In this document: piece by piece, positions 9,926 through 18,815 of the stretch | How the letters are laid out: every line of letters begins with the position of its first letter | How positions within the stretch are numbered: position 1 is the first letter of the stretch | The notes under the pieces: model-generated | Database searches by the model: none | Seen by the model: the letters and a program-made list of their open reading frames with translations, nothing else | Told to the model about the DNA's origin: nothing | From: an uncultured cyanobacterium | Lineage (GTDB): Bacteria; Cyanobacteriota; Cyanobacteriia; Leptolyngbyales; Leptolyngbyaceae | Direction of reading: 5' to 3' | Assembly (NCBI GenBank): GCA_963766075.1 | Contig: CAVYAN010000058.1 | Location: forward strand, 1 to 23,601 | Length of the DNA: 23,601 nt | Made by a program: the position numbers and the translations under genes

Positions 9926-10393
9926 ATGATGTCTAAAACTGTTGCTGAAGTCATGAGTCGGGATCCGATCACGGTACGTCCAGAGACGGCATTGACGGAG
10001 GTTATTCAGATTTTGGCGGCACGCCGGATTAGCGGGTTGCCTGTAGTAGATGAGACGGGCAAGCTGGTTGGCGTGGTTTCGGAGACAGATTTGATGTGGA
10101 AGGCGACGGATGTGACGCCGCCGGCCTACATCATGGTGCTGGATAGTGTGATTTATCTGGAAAATCCGGGGCGTTATGAGCGGGATTTGCATAAGGCTCT
10201 GGGCCAAACCGTGGCCGAGGTCATGAGTCACCATCCCATTACCATTCACCCAGAGCAGTCCCTACGGGAGGCAGCACATCTGATGCACGATCGCCAAGTC
10301 CATCGCTTGCCCGTAGTTGACGCTGGGGGGCAGGTCATTGGTATTCTGACCCGCGGGGACATTGTGCGAACGATGGCGTTAGCCCAGGTTTAG
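9926..10393 (+). CDS. CBS domain pair protein
   Basis: VAEVMSRDPITV...ISGLPVVD...GVVSETD and VHRLPVVD...GILTRGD. GAGG RBS. Confidence 0.92.
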   Translation: MMSKTVAEVMSRDPITVRPETALTEVIQILAARRISGLPVVDETGKLVGVVSETDLMWKATDVTPPAYIMVLDSVIYLENPGRYERDLHKALGQTVAEVMSHHPITIHPEQSLREAAHLMHDRQVHRLPVVDAGGQVIGILTRGDIVRTMALAQV

Positions 10394-10410
10394 GGCCGCA
10401 GGTTTAGGGC
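10385..10410. repeat. Direct repeat CAGGTTTAGGGC x2 (14-bp period) duplicating the CBS stop codon
   Basis: Copies at 10385-10396 and 10399-10410. Confidence 0.8.
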
Positions 10411-10510
10411 GACATCGGCCTTGACTGCGTATTTTCCCGTTGAGCAAGATTATCGACTTCATACATTTTCCGACTTCATAAAATCTGAATCACTTTTAGC
10501 TGAATTATCT

Positions 10511-11173
10511 ATGACCATTACGCCTGAATCAGTTAAGCTATTGCTGCAGTCCGGGGATTTTGGCGATCGCCTGCGCGGCCTGAATCAAGTCCGGACCTTA
10601 GAACCTGCCGCGGGTTTTGCCATTATTCAACCCCTCGTCACCGACAGCAACGCCCGGGTGCGCTACGGGGCGGTCTCCCAACTGGCGACCCTTGGCCATC
10701 AAGATCTTAGTCAGGCGGGCATCCTGCTGCGGGAACGCCTACGGGATTCAGAACCCGATGTCCAGGCCGCCGCCGCCGATGCCATTGCCGCGCTGAAACT
10801 GAAGGATGCCTTTGAAGACTTGCAGGCACTCTATGCCAGCAGTTCAGAGTGGCTGGTCAAGTTTAGTATTGTGGCTGCCCTGGGAGAACTGGGCGATCGC
10901 CGCTGTTTCGATCTGTTAGCCGAGGCTCTGAATTCGGGGGATGAGCTGCTGCAAACGGTTGCTGTCGGTGCCCTAGGGGAACTGGGCGACGATCGCGCTG
11001 TCCCTTTACTGCTGCCCTTGACGACCCATTCCGATTGGCAAATCCGCTACCGGGCCATGCAGGGGCTATCCCAATTCCGCAGACCCGATGTAAAGACTGC
11101 ACTGGAACGCTTGGCCACGGATGACTTGGCCCAGATTGCCGATGCGGCACGGGAGTATCTGCAAGGGGCCTGA
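10511..11173 (+). CDS. nblB: HEAT/PBS-lyase repeat protein, phycobilisome degradation protein NblB-like
   Basis: N-terminus MTITPESVKLLLQSGDFGDRLRGLNQ and repeated AALGELGD HEAT units. ATG at 10511. Confidence 0.75.
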   Translation: MTITPESVKLLLQSGDFGDRLRGLNQVRTLEPAAGFAIIQPLVTDSNARVRYGAVSQLATLGHQDLSQAGILLRERLRDSEPDVQAAAADAIAALKLKDAFEDLQALYASSSEWLVKFSIVAALGELGDRRCFDLLAEALNSGDELLQTVAVGALGELGDDRAVPLLLPLTTHSDWQIRYRAMQGLSQFRRPDVKTALERLATDDLAQIADAAREYLQGA

Positions 11174-11196
11174 GGCATTGGACCTGAGGCATTGGA
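11169..11196. repeat. 2 x 14-bp tandem repeat CCTGAGGCATTGGA duplicating the nblB stop codon
   Basis: Copies at 11169-11182 and 11183-11196. Confidence 0.9.
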
Positions 11197-11372
11197 TCGG
11201 TATTCCCTACTGGTATCCGGGAGAACCGCTGCCTAGGATTGGAAAACTTGTTTTAATAAACCCGCCGACTGCATCCACTAAACTTAACAAATTGGCTTAA
11301 TATTTGCTAACAGGCCCTGCGAGATTGCGATCGCTCCCTCGCAGGCGTACTCCTCCGGGAACCCGCAAAGCA

Positions 11373-14300
11373 ATGGGCAAGGCAATGGGCAGAACAACAA
11401 ATAGCCGAGTCCGGCTTGACCATTACTACGAGCAAATCCACACCATTATTTTGGCGCGGCAAAATCCAATTACTGGGTTGTTGCCTGCGAGTACCGCCGT
11501 CAATGCCCATGGGGACTATACCGATGCCTGGGTGCGGGACAATGTGTATAGCATCCTGGCCGTGTGGGGATTGGCCCTGGGCTATCGCAAGCTGGACGAA
11601 GACGAAGGCCGTGCCTTTGAACTGGAACACAGCGTAGTGAAGCTGATGCGCGGCCTGCTGTTTGCCATGATGCGGCAGGCCGAAAAGGTTGAAAAATTTA
11701 AAGATACGCAAGAGCCCCTCGATGCACTCCACGCCAAGTACGATACCCAAACGGGCGGTACGGTAGTTGGGGATGCGGAATGGGGACATTTGCAGTTGGA
11801 TGCAACGTCAATTTTTCTGTTGTTCCTGGCGCAAATGACAGCATCGGGCTTGCACATTATTTTCAACACCGATGAAGTCAACTTCATTCAAAACCTGGTG
11901 TATTACATTGGCCGCGCCTACCGCACGCCGGACTATGGCATTTGGGAGCGGGGCAACAAAATTAACCATGGCAATCCCGAGCTGAATGCGAGTTCTGTGG
12001 GCCTTGCCAAAGCGGCGATGGAGGCCCTGAATGGGCTGAATTTGTTTGGCGTGCGGGGGGGACAGAGTTCGGTGATTCACGTACTACCGGACGAAATTGC
12101 CCGATCGCGGATTACCCTAGAATCCTTGCTGCCCCGCGAATCCAGCTCTAAGGAAGTGGATGCGGCGGTGCTGAGTGTGATTGGCTACCCGGCCTTTGCG
12201 GTGGAAGATCTGGAACTGTGCGATCGCACCCGCAATGCCATTATCCAAAAGCTTCAGGGCAACTATGGCTGCAAGCGCTTTCTGCGCGATGGGCACCAAA
12301 CGGTGATTGAAGATACAACGCGGCTGCACTACGAGCCGTGGGAATTGAAGCAGTTTGAACATATTGAAAGCGAGTGGCCCCTGTTTTTTACCTACTTGCT
12401 GCTGGATGCCCTATTTCGGGGAGATAGCGAGCAGGTGAATGAATACACGCAGCGTTTGGAAGCGGTGCTGGTGGAACGGGATGGCGTGAAGCTGTTGCCG
12501 GAACTGTACATTGTGCCGGAGTCGGCGGTGGCGGCAGAGCGGGCCAATCCCCATAGCCAAACCCGTGTCCCCAACGAAAATGTGCCCTTAGTGTGGGCTC
12601 AAAGCCTCTACTTTATGGGGCAAATGGTGCATGATGGCGTGATTGCGATCGGTGATATTGATCCCTTGGGTCGGCATATGCACATCCGGCACCAGCGCCA
12701 ACCCCGCGTCCAGGTGGCCCTCCTGGCCGAAGACGAAGCGTTGCAGTCGCGACTGGCGAGCTACGGGATTGAGAGTCAAACGCCAACGCAGGTGGAGGCG
12801 ATCGCCGTGCGCCAAGCGCGGGAACTGGCGATGGTCTATACCCAAATTGGGCGCAACGATAAGCTGGGCCTTACCGGACGGCCTGCCCGCCGTTTACGGA
12901 CCCTCACCACATCCAAGGTGTTCCGCGTGCAGGGCGAAACCCTGGTGTTTCTGCCTTCGTTTTTGGATGCACAGCAGTTCTACCTCACCTTTGATCCGGA
13001 GTTCCTAGCGGCCCAAATCCGGGCGGAACTGGCCTATATTCAGCGCCACTGGAGCCAGTTGGGCCGACCCACGATGACGCTGCTCCTGACTCGTACCATG
13101 CTGGGCAATGATGCCGACTTCAGCGACAGTGCGGCCCCGATTTTGGCCTTGATTCAGGAGCTGAAAGCCGGAGACTGTAATGGTGTGCCAATTAAGCTAG
13201 CACCGCTCTATCAACTGCTGTTGACGACCACGGTGGAGCGGATTGATTTTCTACATGACTTTAGTTTTACCCAATCCCCAGTACTGGATGCCTTGCCGCA
13301 CCAGTCTTACTTGGGCTTTGATCCCCAGGCAACGCAGACATTAAACAGCTTGCAGGAATTTGGCATTGAGTTGGAAACCGATTCTGCCCTGCTGTTACAC
13401 AATTTGCGTCAGTCCCAAAACCTCTACGAGCAGGTGGAGATTTTGAGTACGTTATCGCGGCTGCATGGCTTTGATTTCGACACGGGATTTGGCCATCCGC
13501 AGCGGCGGGTAACGGTGGCGAATCTGCTGGATGAGATCTACGCCACGGCGGGGCGGCGGAAGCTTTGGGCGGTGGTGCGGCGGGTGGCAGGCTTGTTCGA
13601 TCGCGTTGATCCCAACCTGACGGATGCAGTGATTGACATTTTGGTCCGGCAGAAACAAATCGCCGTGGGACGGGCCTACAGCGAAGCTTCGCTGATTACC
13701 CAACCGATGTCGTCCATTGAGGTGATGGAAAAGATTCGCGAATTCTGCCGGGAGGATATTCGCGATCGCGTCCTGACCCAGGAAATTCTGATCTACACCA
13801 GCCTCTTGCTCAAGTCGGAACCGAAGCTGTTTAAAGGGTTACTCACACTCCGGGTCGGGTACTTGATTCTGTTGCTCACGAGTAATCTGGCCCAGGAATT
13901 CCAGATTACCCAGGACGAAGCCTATGAACGCCTGATGCAACTGAGTCCCCATGAGATTCAAATGCAGCTTCGGCAATTGCTCTTGGGCTATGAAAGCTTT
14001 AATCAAGCCCTGTTTAAGCAAGAATCTTTGCACATTCAAAGAAAGCAGGCGATCGATTGGGTAGTGCTGCCCGAAAAACCTGCCGAGGAAGAGGATTGGT
14101 TGCAAAAACGCCGCACCGATGGTTCGACCAATCGCGTTCCGCAGGATTTCTATCCACGGGTGTGGCAAGTGCTCGAGCACTGCCGGGGCTTGATCATTGG
14201 CGATAAGCTAGAACGCCGGAACCGCCTGGACAGTAACTTGGTTTTGGAAATGACTCCTGGTGAGAAAAATTTCGCGCTCCAAGTGGAACATTTGCTGAAT

Positions 14301-14648
14301 AAAATCCAAGCGCCGGAATATCGCCAAGCCAATGTTGAAGCCTTGATGGAACTGGCAGCGATCGCCGAACGCAATCCGGATCTGCGCATTGAAGAATACA
14401 TTGTGCTGGATGTGCTGGTGGGCCATGCGGTGCGTTTGGCCTGGTTGGCGCAGCACCCCGAGGATGGCGATCGCTACGCAGAAGTGAAGGCTGTTGCATG
14501 GCGATCCTTTTATCGAAGCTCGCCCTATGCCGTCGCCAGTGCTGTCGCCAATGCCCTGCAATTCCTCAGCGATTTGGGTCAAACCGATGACGATGATACC
14601 GTTGAGATAGAGGCCGTTGGCAGTGCCCTGTCCTCTACGGGCTCCTAG
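11373..14648 (+). CDS. Glycoside hydrolase family 15 / phosphorylase kinase alpha-beta-like protein
   Basis: QNPITGLLPAS, AWVRDNVYS, WGHLQLDA, DYGIWERG, YGCKRFLRDG, EWPLF and WAQSLY motifs; C-terminal EMTPGEKNFA...PEYRQ. ATG at 11373 or 11385. Confidence 0.9.
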   Translation: MGKAMGRTTNSRVRLDHYYEQIHTIILARQNPITGLLPASTAVNAHGDYTDAWVRDNVYSILAVWGLALGYRKLDEDEGRAFELEHSVVKLMRGLLFAMMRQAEKVEKFKDTQEPLDALHAKYDTQTGGTVVGDAEWGHLQLDATSIFLLFLAQMTASGLHIIFNTDEVNFIQNLVYYIGRAYRTPDYGIWERGNKINHGNPELNASSVGLAKAAMEALNGLNLFGVRGGQSSVIHVLPDEIARSRITLESLLPRESSSKEVDAAVLSVIGYPAFAVEDLELCDRTRNAIIQKLQGNYGCKRFLRDGHQTVIEDTTRLHYEPWELKQFEHIESEWPLFFTYLLLDALFRGDSEQVNEYTQRLEAVLVERDGVKLLPELYIVPESAVAAERANPHSQTRVPNENVPLVWAQSLYFMGQMVHDGVIAIGDIDPLGRHMHIRHQRQPRVQVALLAEDEALQSRLASYGIESQTPTQVEAIAVRQARELAMVYTQIGRNDKLGLTGRPARRLRTLTTSKVFRVQGETLVFLPSFLDAQQFYLTFDPEFLAAQIRAELAYIQRHWSQLGRPTMTLLLTRTMLGNDADFSDSAAPILALIQELKAGDCNGVPIKLAPLYQLLLTTTVERIDFLHDFSFTQSPVLDALPHQSYLGFDPQATQTLNSLQEFGIELETDSALLLHNLRQSQNLYEQVEILSTLSRLHGFDFDTGFGHPQRRVTVANLLDEIYATAGRRKLWAVVRRVAGLFDRVDPNLTDAVIDILVRQKQIAVGRAYSEASLITQPMSSIEVMEKIREFCREDIRDRVLTQEILIYTSLLLKSEPKLFKGLLTLRVGYLILLLTSNLAQEFQITQDEAYERLMQLSPHEIQMQLRQLLLGYESFNQALFKQESLHIQRKQAIDWVVLPEKPAEEEDWLQKRRTDGSTNRVPQDFYPRVWQVLEHCRGLIIGDKLERRNRLDSNLVLEMTPGEKNFALQVEHLLNKIQAPEYRQANVEALMELAAIAERNPDLRIEEYIVLDVLVGHAVRLAWLAQHPEDGDRYAEVKAVAWRSFYRSSPYAVASAVANALQFLSDLGQTDDDDTVEIEAVGSALSSTGS

Positions 14649-14750
14649 ACGCGGTCTGAATGCCCTGAAAAAAGAATGGAATCACGGCAGGGGAACGGGG
14701 TGATGGCGTGATGAGCGGGGCGGACGGTTCCTTGATGGCCGCTGAGAAGT

Positions 14751-15446
14751 ATGAGAGCAGCGCGGACTGAAACCATGGCATTTGAATTCGATCATCTCTT
14801 TATATGTGTGGATGTTGGTGCTCCCGAGGGAGACTGTCTCACCACCTTTGGGTTAGTGGAGGGCTCCTCTAACGTGCATTCAGGCCAAGGCACCACCAAC
14901 CGCCGGTTCTTTTTCCGCAACGCTATGGTGGAATTGCTGTGGGTGCATGATCCCAGAGAGGCAATGTCCGAAGCCATTCATCACACGCGACTGTGGGAGC
15001 GATGGACGAGTCGGCATCAGGGGAGCTGTCCCTTTGGCATCTGTCTGCGCCCCGGCCCGGATGCTGATGACACCATTGCCTTTTCCAGTTGGTCCTATCG
15101 TCCGCCCTATTTGCCTAAAACCATGAGTATCGCGGTGGGCAACAATGCCGATCGCTTAACGGAGCCGATGCTGTTCCAGATTGCATCGCGGCAACGTCCC
15201 GATCAATCCCCGCCGGAAAAGGCTCAACCACTCGATCATGGGATTGACTTGCGCGAAATTACACGGGTGGAGTTGGTCGGTCCTTTTGCCGATCCTCTGT
15301 CTCCCGAACTGCACGCGGTGCTGGACACCCAACAGGTCACGTTGCGGCGAGGAACAGACTATTGTGTAGAACTGGGTTTTGATGGAGAAGTTCGGGGGCA
15401 CCAGGTGGATTTTCGGCCCGGATTACCGCTGATAATGCGTTGGTGA
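14751..15446 (+). CDS. VOC/glyoxalase-like domain protein (Glyoxalase_3-like)
   Basis: EFDHLFI...H.GQGTTNRRFFF.NAMVELLW pattern. Alternative start at 14775. Confidence 0.75.
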   Translation: MRAARTETMAFEFDHLFICVDVGAPEGDCLTTFGLVEGSSNVHSGQGTTNRRFFFRNAMVELLWVHDPREAMSEAIHHTRLWERWTSRHQGSCPFGICLRPGPDADDTIAFSSWSYRPPYLPKTMSIAVGNNADRLTEPMLFQIASRQRPDQSPPEKAQPLDHGIDLREITRVELVGPFADPLSPELHAVLDTQQVTLRRGTDYCVELGFDGEVRGHQVDFRPGLPLIMRW

Positions 15447-15591
15447 TGCCCAAGTTACCTAGCCTTGGCCTCGGCCCACTTAGCCCACTTAAGATTTTTC
15501 CTTCTGGCTCAGCTCAGCCAATTAAAGTCGTTATACAACCTTGTTAATTCCTCCGAAAATGCTTAGTTTAGTTTTTCATGAGTTATTAAGC

Positions 15592-16143
15592 TTACTGCAT
15601 TAAATTTCCCCACCAACCAAGCAAAGGATGGTCCTTACCTGGCATATATTTTCCTTTAGTTCGTATAGATCCAAGTACAGCGCGTAATTCGGTTAAAGTA
15701 AGATTTCCGGCTTCTGACCAATTCTTAATTATTTCTAAAGTTGATAAAACCTGTAAATCAGGTGCTTCTTTTTGAGACAATGAAATCGCTTTTTTGTCGT
15801 CAGTGGCAACTGCCCACCCTCGATGAATTGCAATGGAAAAAGTTGCAGATTCCCCGTCATCGCCTAGTTCAAAAGCATAGTTTACAAACGTCTCTTCCTC
15901 CGCTTCTGACTCGAAATCCACTACTGAAAGCAAATCCTGTGCAATGGCTGTCTCAAACTGAACTGCGCCTTCATTCTCCTCATTTTGGAGGCGTTGAAGC
16001 GTTAGCAGTTCTTTCTCTCTCACGACTTCAGTCACTACAACTTGAGCAGGGATTGACTTCAAAATTGCAATGAAATGCCCCGAAGCACAGAAGTTAAGGA
16101 CACAACAAGCGTCAAGAACAACATGGGAGTGTCTAATTTGCAT
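15592..16143 (-). CDS. PIN-domain protein (putative ribonuclease toxin)
   Basis: PIN acidic residues in VVLDAC, V..VVREKEL, LGDDGESAT and ATDDKKA. GGGAGA RBS, 19 bp after the upstream gene. Confidence 0.8.
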   Translation of the reverse strand: MQIRHSHVVLDACCVLNFCASGHFIAILKSIPAQVVVTEVVREKELLTLQRLQNEENEGAVQFETAIAQDLLSVVDFESEAEEETFVNYAFELGDDGESATFSIAIHRGWAVATDDKKAISLSQKEAPDLQVLSTLEIIKNWSEAGNLTLTELRAVLGSIRTKGKYMPGKDHPLLGWWGNLMQ

Positions 16144-16162
16144 AACTGATCTCCCTGTTTTC

Positions 16163-17356
16163 CTATGCTTGACGCAAATCTAAATGAGCAGTTTCTTCCA
16201 TGATTCCACTTGAATGTTCACGCAATGCCTCTGCAATGCGTCGAGCTTCCAAGCGGTCAACACCAAGGAAATCTGCAAATCGTCCTTCAGTGATGAGTCC
16301 CTGATCTAAAGCCTCAATTGCCAAGTGTTGATAGTGAGTGGGTACTACGTCAGTGCGCTGTTGAATGTCTTCTAAGCCTAGCTCCTGCTGTACTTTCCTT
16401 ACTTTCAATCCGCGATCTCGTAATCGATCTCCAGTGCCAGAGGGTAAAAGCCCCATTTCTTCTAAGCGATAAATTAGGGCTTCTATCGATACTCCGTAGT
16501 AGTGGGCAAGAGTAAACAAATTAGTTGGCGTGAACTTGCCGTGAGTGCGATGCATATCATTGAATCGTCTGAGCAGACCACTTGAAGGCATTAAGAAATA
16601 TTTTGGAAACGCCTCAGCTAAACGCTCACTTTCTGGGATTCTTTGGTATTGCCCCTCGAAGTCAAATACAGGCTTTCGTCGATGGGCAAGAAAATGAAGG
16701 TATCCATGCGCCATTGACCAGCGCCGTCGTTCTTCATAGTGGTCTAAGTTAATAGCCATGCAGCCACCAAGCTGCTCATCATAGCTATAAATTTCTGAGT
16801 ACTTTGCTGGCATTTTCAGATAGAAAATTCGGATGCCTACACTTTGTTCCAAGATGTCTCGCAGGAGTGGAATCGGACCATCGCCCAGTCCAATCCTTTG
16901 ACGTTCGGCGATCGCGATACTTTCTGCGGCAGCCTCTATCGGCATACTGGTCACGTCATACTCTTGAGGATAGTTTCGAGGAAGTGGAGCATCCACAATC
17001 TTCTCAAGTTCTAGATAATTTCGACATAACTCCTCTAAACGCTGAATGATCGGGTCAATTCGTGCTTCCTCTTGTTCACTCCGCTGATAAGCAGCGCGAA
17101 ATTGAACGGCGAAAGGTTCAATCACAGGGCTAGGGCGAACAAAGTCACTAATGGCTCGCCCGTAGGCGCGAGCCAGTTTAATCAACTCATTTGGCTTCAG
17201 ACGGCGTTCGCCTTTCTCAATCGCGACGATGGTAGTTCGGGCAGCATCAATAACCTTAGCGGCATCCGCCTGAGTCATCCCACACTTCTTACGCGCCTGT
17301 TGCAGCAGATCCCCTAGATTACGTAGATCAATATTGTCCAGAATATTGGTAGCCAT
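16163..17356 (-). CDS. XRE-family HTH fused to ImmA/IrrE (M78) metallopeptidase domain; HEXXH altered to HGYLH
   Basis: HTH ARKKCGMTQADAA...RTTIVAIEKGER. M78 features AAESIAIAERQRIGLG, RRRWSMAHGYLH, ERLAEAFPKYFLMP and LAHYYGVSIEALIYRL. Confidence 0.9.
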   Translation of the reverse strand: MATNILDNIDLRNLGDLLQQARKKCGMTQADAAKVIDAARTTIVAIEKGERRLKPNELIKLARAYGRAISDFVRPSPVIEPFAVQFRAAYQRSEQEEARIDPIIQRLEELCRNYLELEKIVDAPLPRNYPQEYDVTSMPIEAAAESIAIAERQRIGLGDGPIPLLRDILEQSVGIRIFYLKMPAKYSEIYSYDEQLGGCMAINLDHYEERRRWSMAHGYLHFLAHRRKPVFDFEGQYQRIPESERLAEAFPKYFLMPSSGLLRRFNDMHRTHGKFTPTNLFTLAHYYGVSIEALIYRLEEMGLLPSGTGDRLRDRGLKVRKVQQELGLEDIQQRTDVVPTHYQHLAIEALDQGLITEGRFADFLGVDRLEARRIAEALREHSSGIMEETAHLDLRQA

Positions 17357-17399
17357 AGCATTTCCCCTTCAGCCTTACTGAACAGCAATCAGATAATCA

Positions 17400-18815
17400 T
17401 CAGATGTTTGCCGATTGCTTATTTGATTCAAGAGATCTACTGAGATGTGCAGATTCTACAGCATCCCACTCAGTAACATAAGCTTGATAAAGACGAATCA
17501 AATGTTTCTGCATATCAGCAGGCAGTAGAATTTCTGCCATAGCCGTTCGATCCACAATGTCGTCCAGATCTGGAAATCTTCGGGTTAAAGATTCCCATTG
17601 GAGATTAAGGTTGTCTGAGACATTTAATAAATCTCTAAGAGTAGAAACTTGCGCCAGCATATGTCGCAGATACAAACTAGTGTCTCCTGCTGGCTTTCTA
17701 CCATGGGGAACTATGTATGGAGTTTTGTCTTCCATCTCTAAGGCAGCAAGCGCCTGCTTCCTCAAAATACAAGAAGAACAATACCCACACTGGATGGGTT
17801 GCTGTCGATGTGGACTATCGCATGACATCGTTAGCGGTGGCAGGTCATTTCTCTTATCTTCAGCTAATGGTTTACACATTTCCGCTTTAGTCCAGAAAAG
17901 GAAAGGGTTTTGTACTTTGAATTCCTCTCCTAAAAGCTCTGAAATGATATCACTTATTCTTAGCAAGGTTAATGGATGAACTGAGCGAGAATGATCAAGC
18001 CCTATGGCAGACTTACGGTATGGAAGATTGATTGCACCAATACCATTTTCGTACAAGTAAAGAATTCTTTGTCCCATTAAGTACGCACAGGCTGCACCCA
18101 ATAGCATAAATACAATGCCTCGCGCACGCGAGATTTTGTTCTTTTGATGCAGGCTACTCTCGGAGAAGCGAATTGGAACTCGACAAAGGTTCAAACGGTT
18201 AGGAAAAGAGGATTGAAATGCTTGGAATACTTGTTCCTGACGAGCAAGGGTGTTTTCATTGCTGCCTGTTCCAAATAGCATGAACGATACTTCATTACTT
18301 GTTTTAAGGCGGCTATAAAGCCCCGCAAGCGCATCAAGTCCCCCACTCCATAGTGTTACCTCCCCCACATAAGGATCTGCCGATGAAAGAAGAGGTTGCT
18401 GCTCAACAAAACGTCCTGAGTCAAGCCTCTTATGAAAATCGAACAACCATCGACTTCCGGTAGCCCACTCAAGCAAATTAGAAAGCTTATCTTGAAAGGA
18501 GGTCAGATTTAGTAATTCTGGATGACGTACTGGAAGAAATACACAAATGCGAGTCTGTTCTTGTCGCAGGCTTTGGAAAGTAAGACGATCAGTGGCATGA
18601 ATAGCAACAGCAAGATCAATCAGATCAGCAATGATTGATGGAAACTCTTGTTGTACCCGACATCCAAACCCACTGTCATCTATAGCAATGCCTATGTTGC
18701 TTTCCTTACCTCTGGAATGATCAATACAGCGAACATTCCCATTACTATTCATTATAGGGTCAAAAAACAAGGTGTAATTTCTGTCGTATGTGTCATGCTT
18801 TTTCATAATATTCAA
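17400..18815 (-). CDS. QueC-like (7-cyano-7-deazaguanine synthase fold) protein of the QatC/Cap9 defence-associated type
   Basis: PP-loop LWSGGLDA, YENGIGAINLP...SRSVHP, NPFLFWTKAEM, Zn site SC-x9-CGYCSSC..R, and N-terminal extension DLIDLAVAIHATDR. TTG start overlaps the upstream TGA; alternative ATG at 18806. Confidence 0.87.
   Translation of the reverse strand: MNIMKKHDTYDRNYTLFFDPIMNSNGNVRCIDHSRGKESNIGIAIDDSGFGCRVQQEFPSIIADLIDLAVAIHATDRLTFQSLRQEQTRICVFLPVRHPELLNLTSFQDKLSNLLEWATGSRWLFDFHKRLDSGRFVEQQPLLSSADPYVGEVTLWSGGLDALAGLYSRLKTSNEVSFMLFGTGSNENTLARQEQVFQAFQSSFPNRLNLCRVPIRFSESSLHQKNKISRARGIVFMLLGAACAYLMGQRILYLYENGIGAINLPYRKSAIGLDHSRSVHPLTLLRISDIISELLGEEFKVQNPFLFWTKAEMCKPLAEDKRNDLPPLTMSCDSPHRQQPIQCGYCSSCILRKQALAALEMEDKTPYIVPHGRKPAGDTSLYLRHMLAQVSTLRDLLNVSDNLNLQWESLTRRFPDLDDIVDRTAMAEILLPADMQKHLIRLYQAYVTEWDAVESAHLSRSLESNKQSANI

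Noticed and set aside
17400..18815. Housekeeping queC for queuosine synthesis, or a Dpd DNA-modification cluster
   Set aside because: About twice the length of canonical QueC, carries QatC-type motifs, and has no queD, queE, folE or dpdA nearby.
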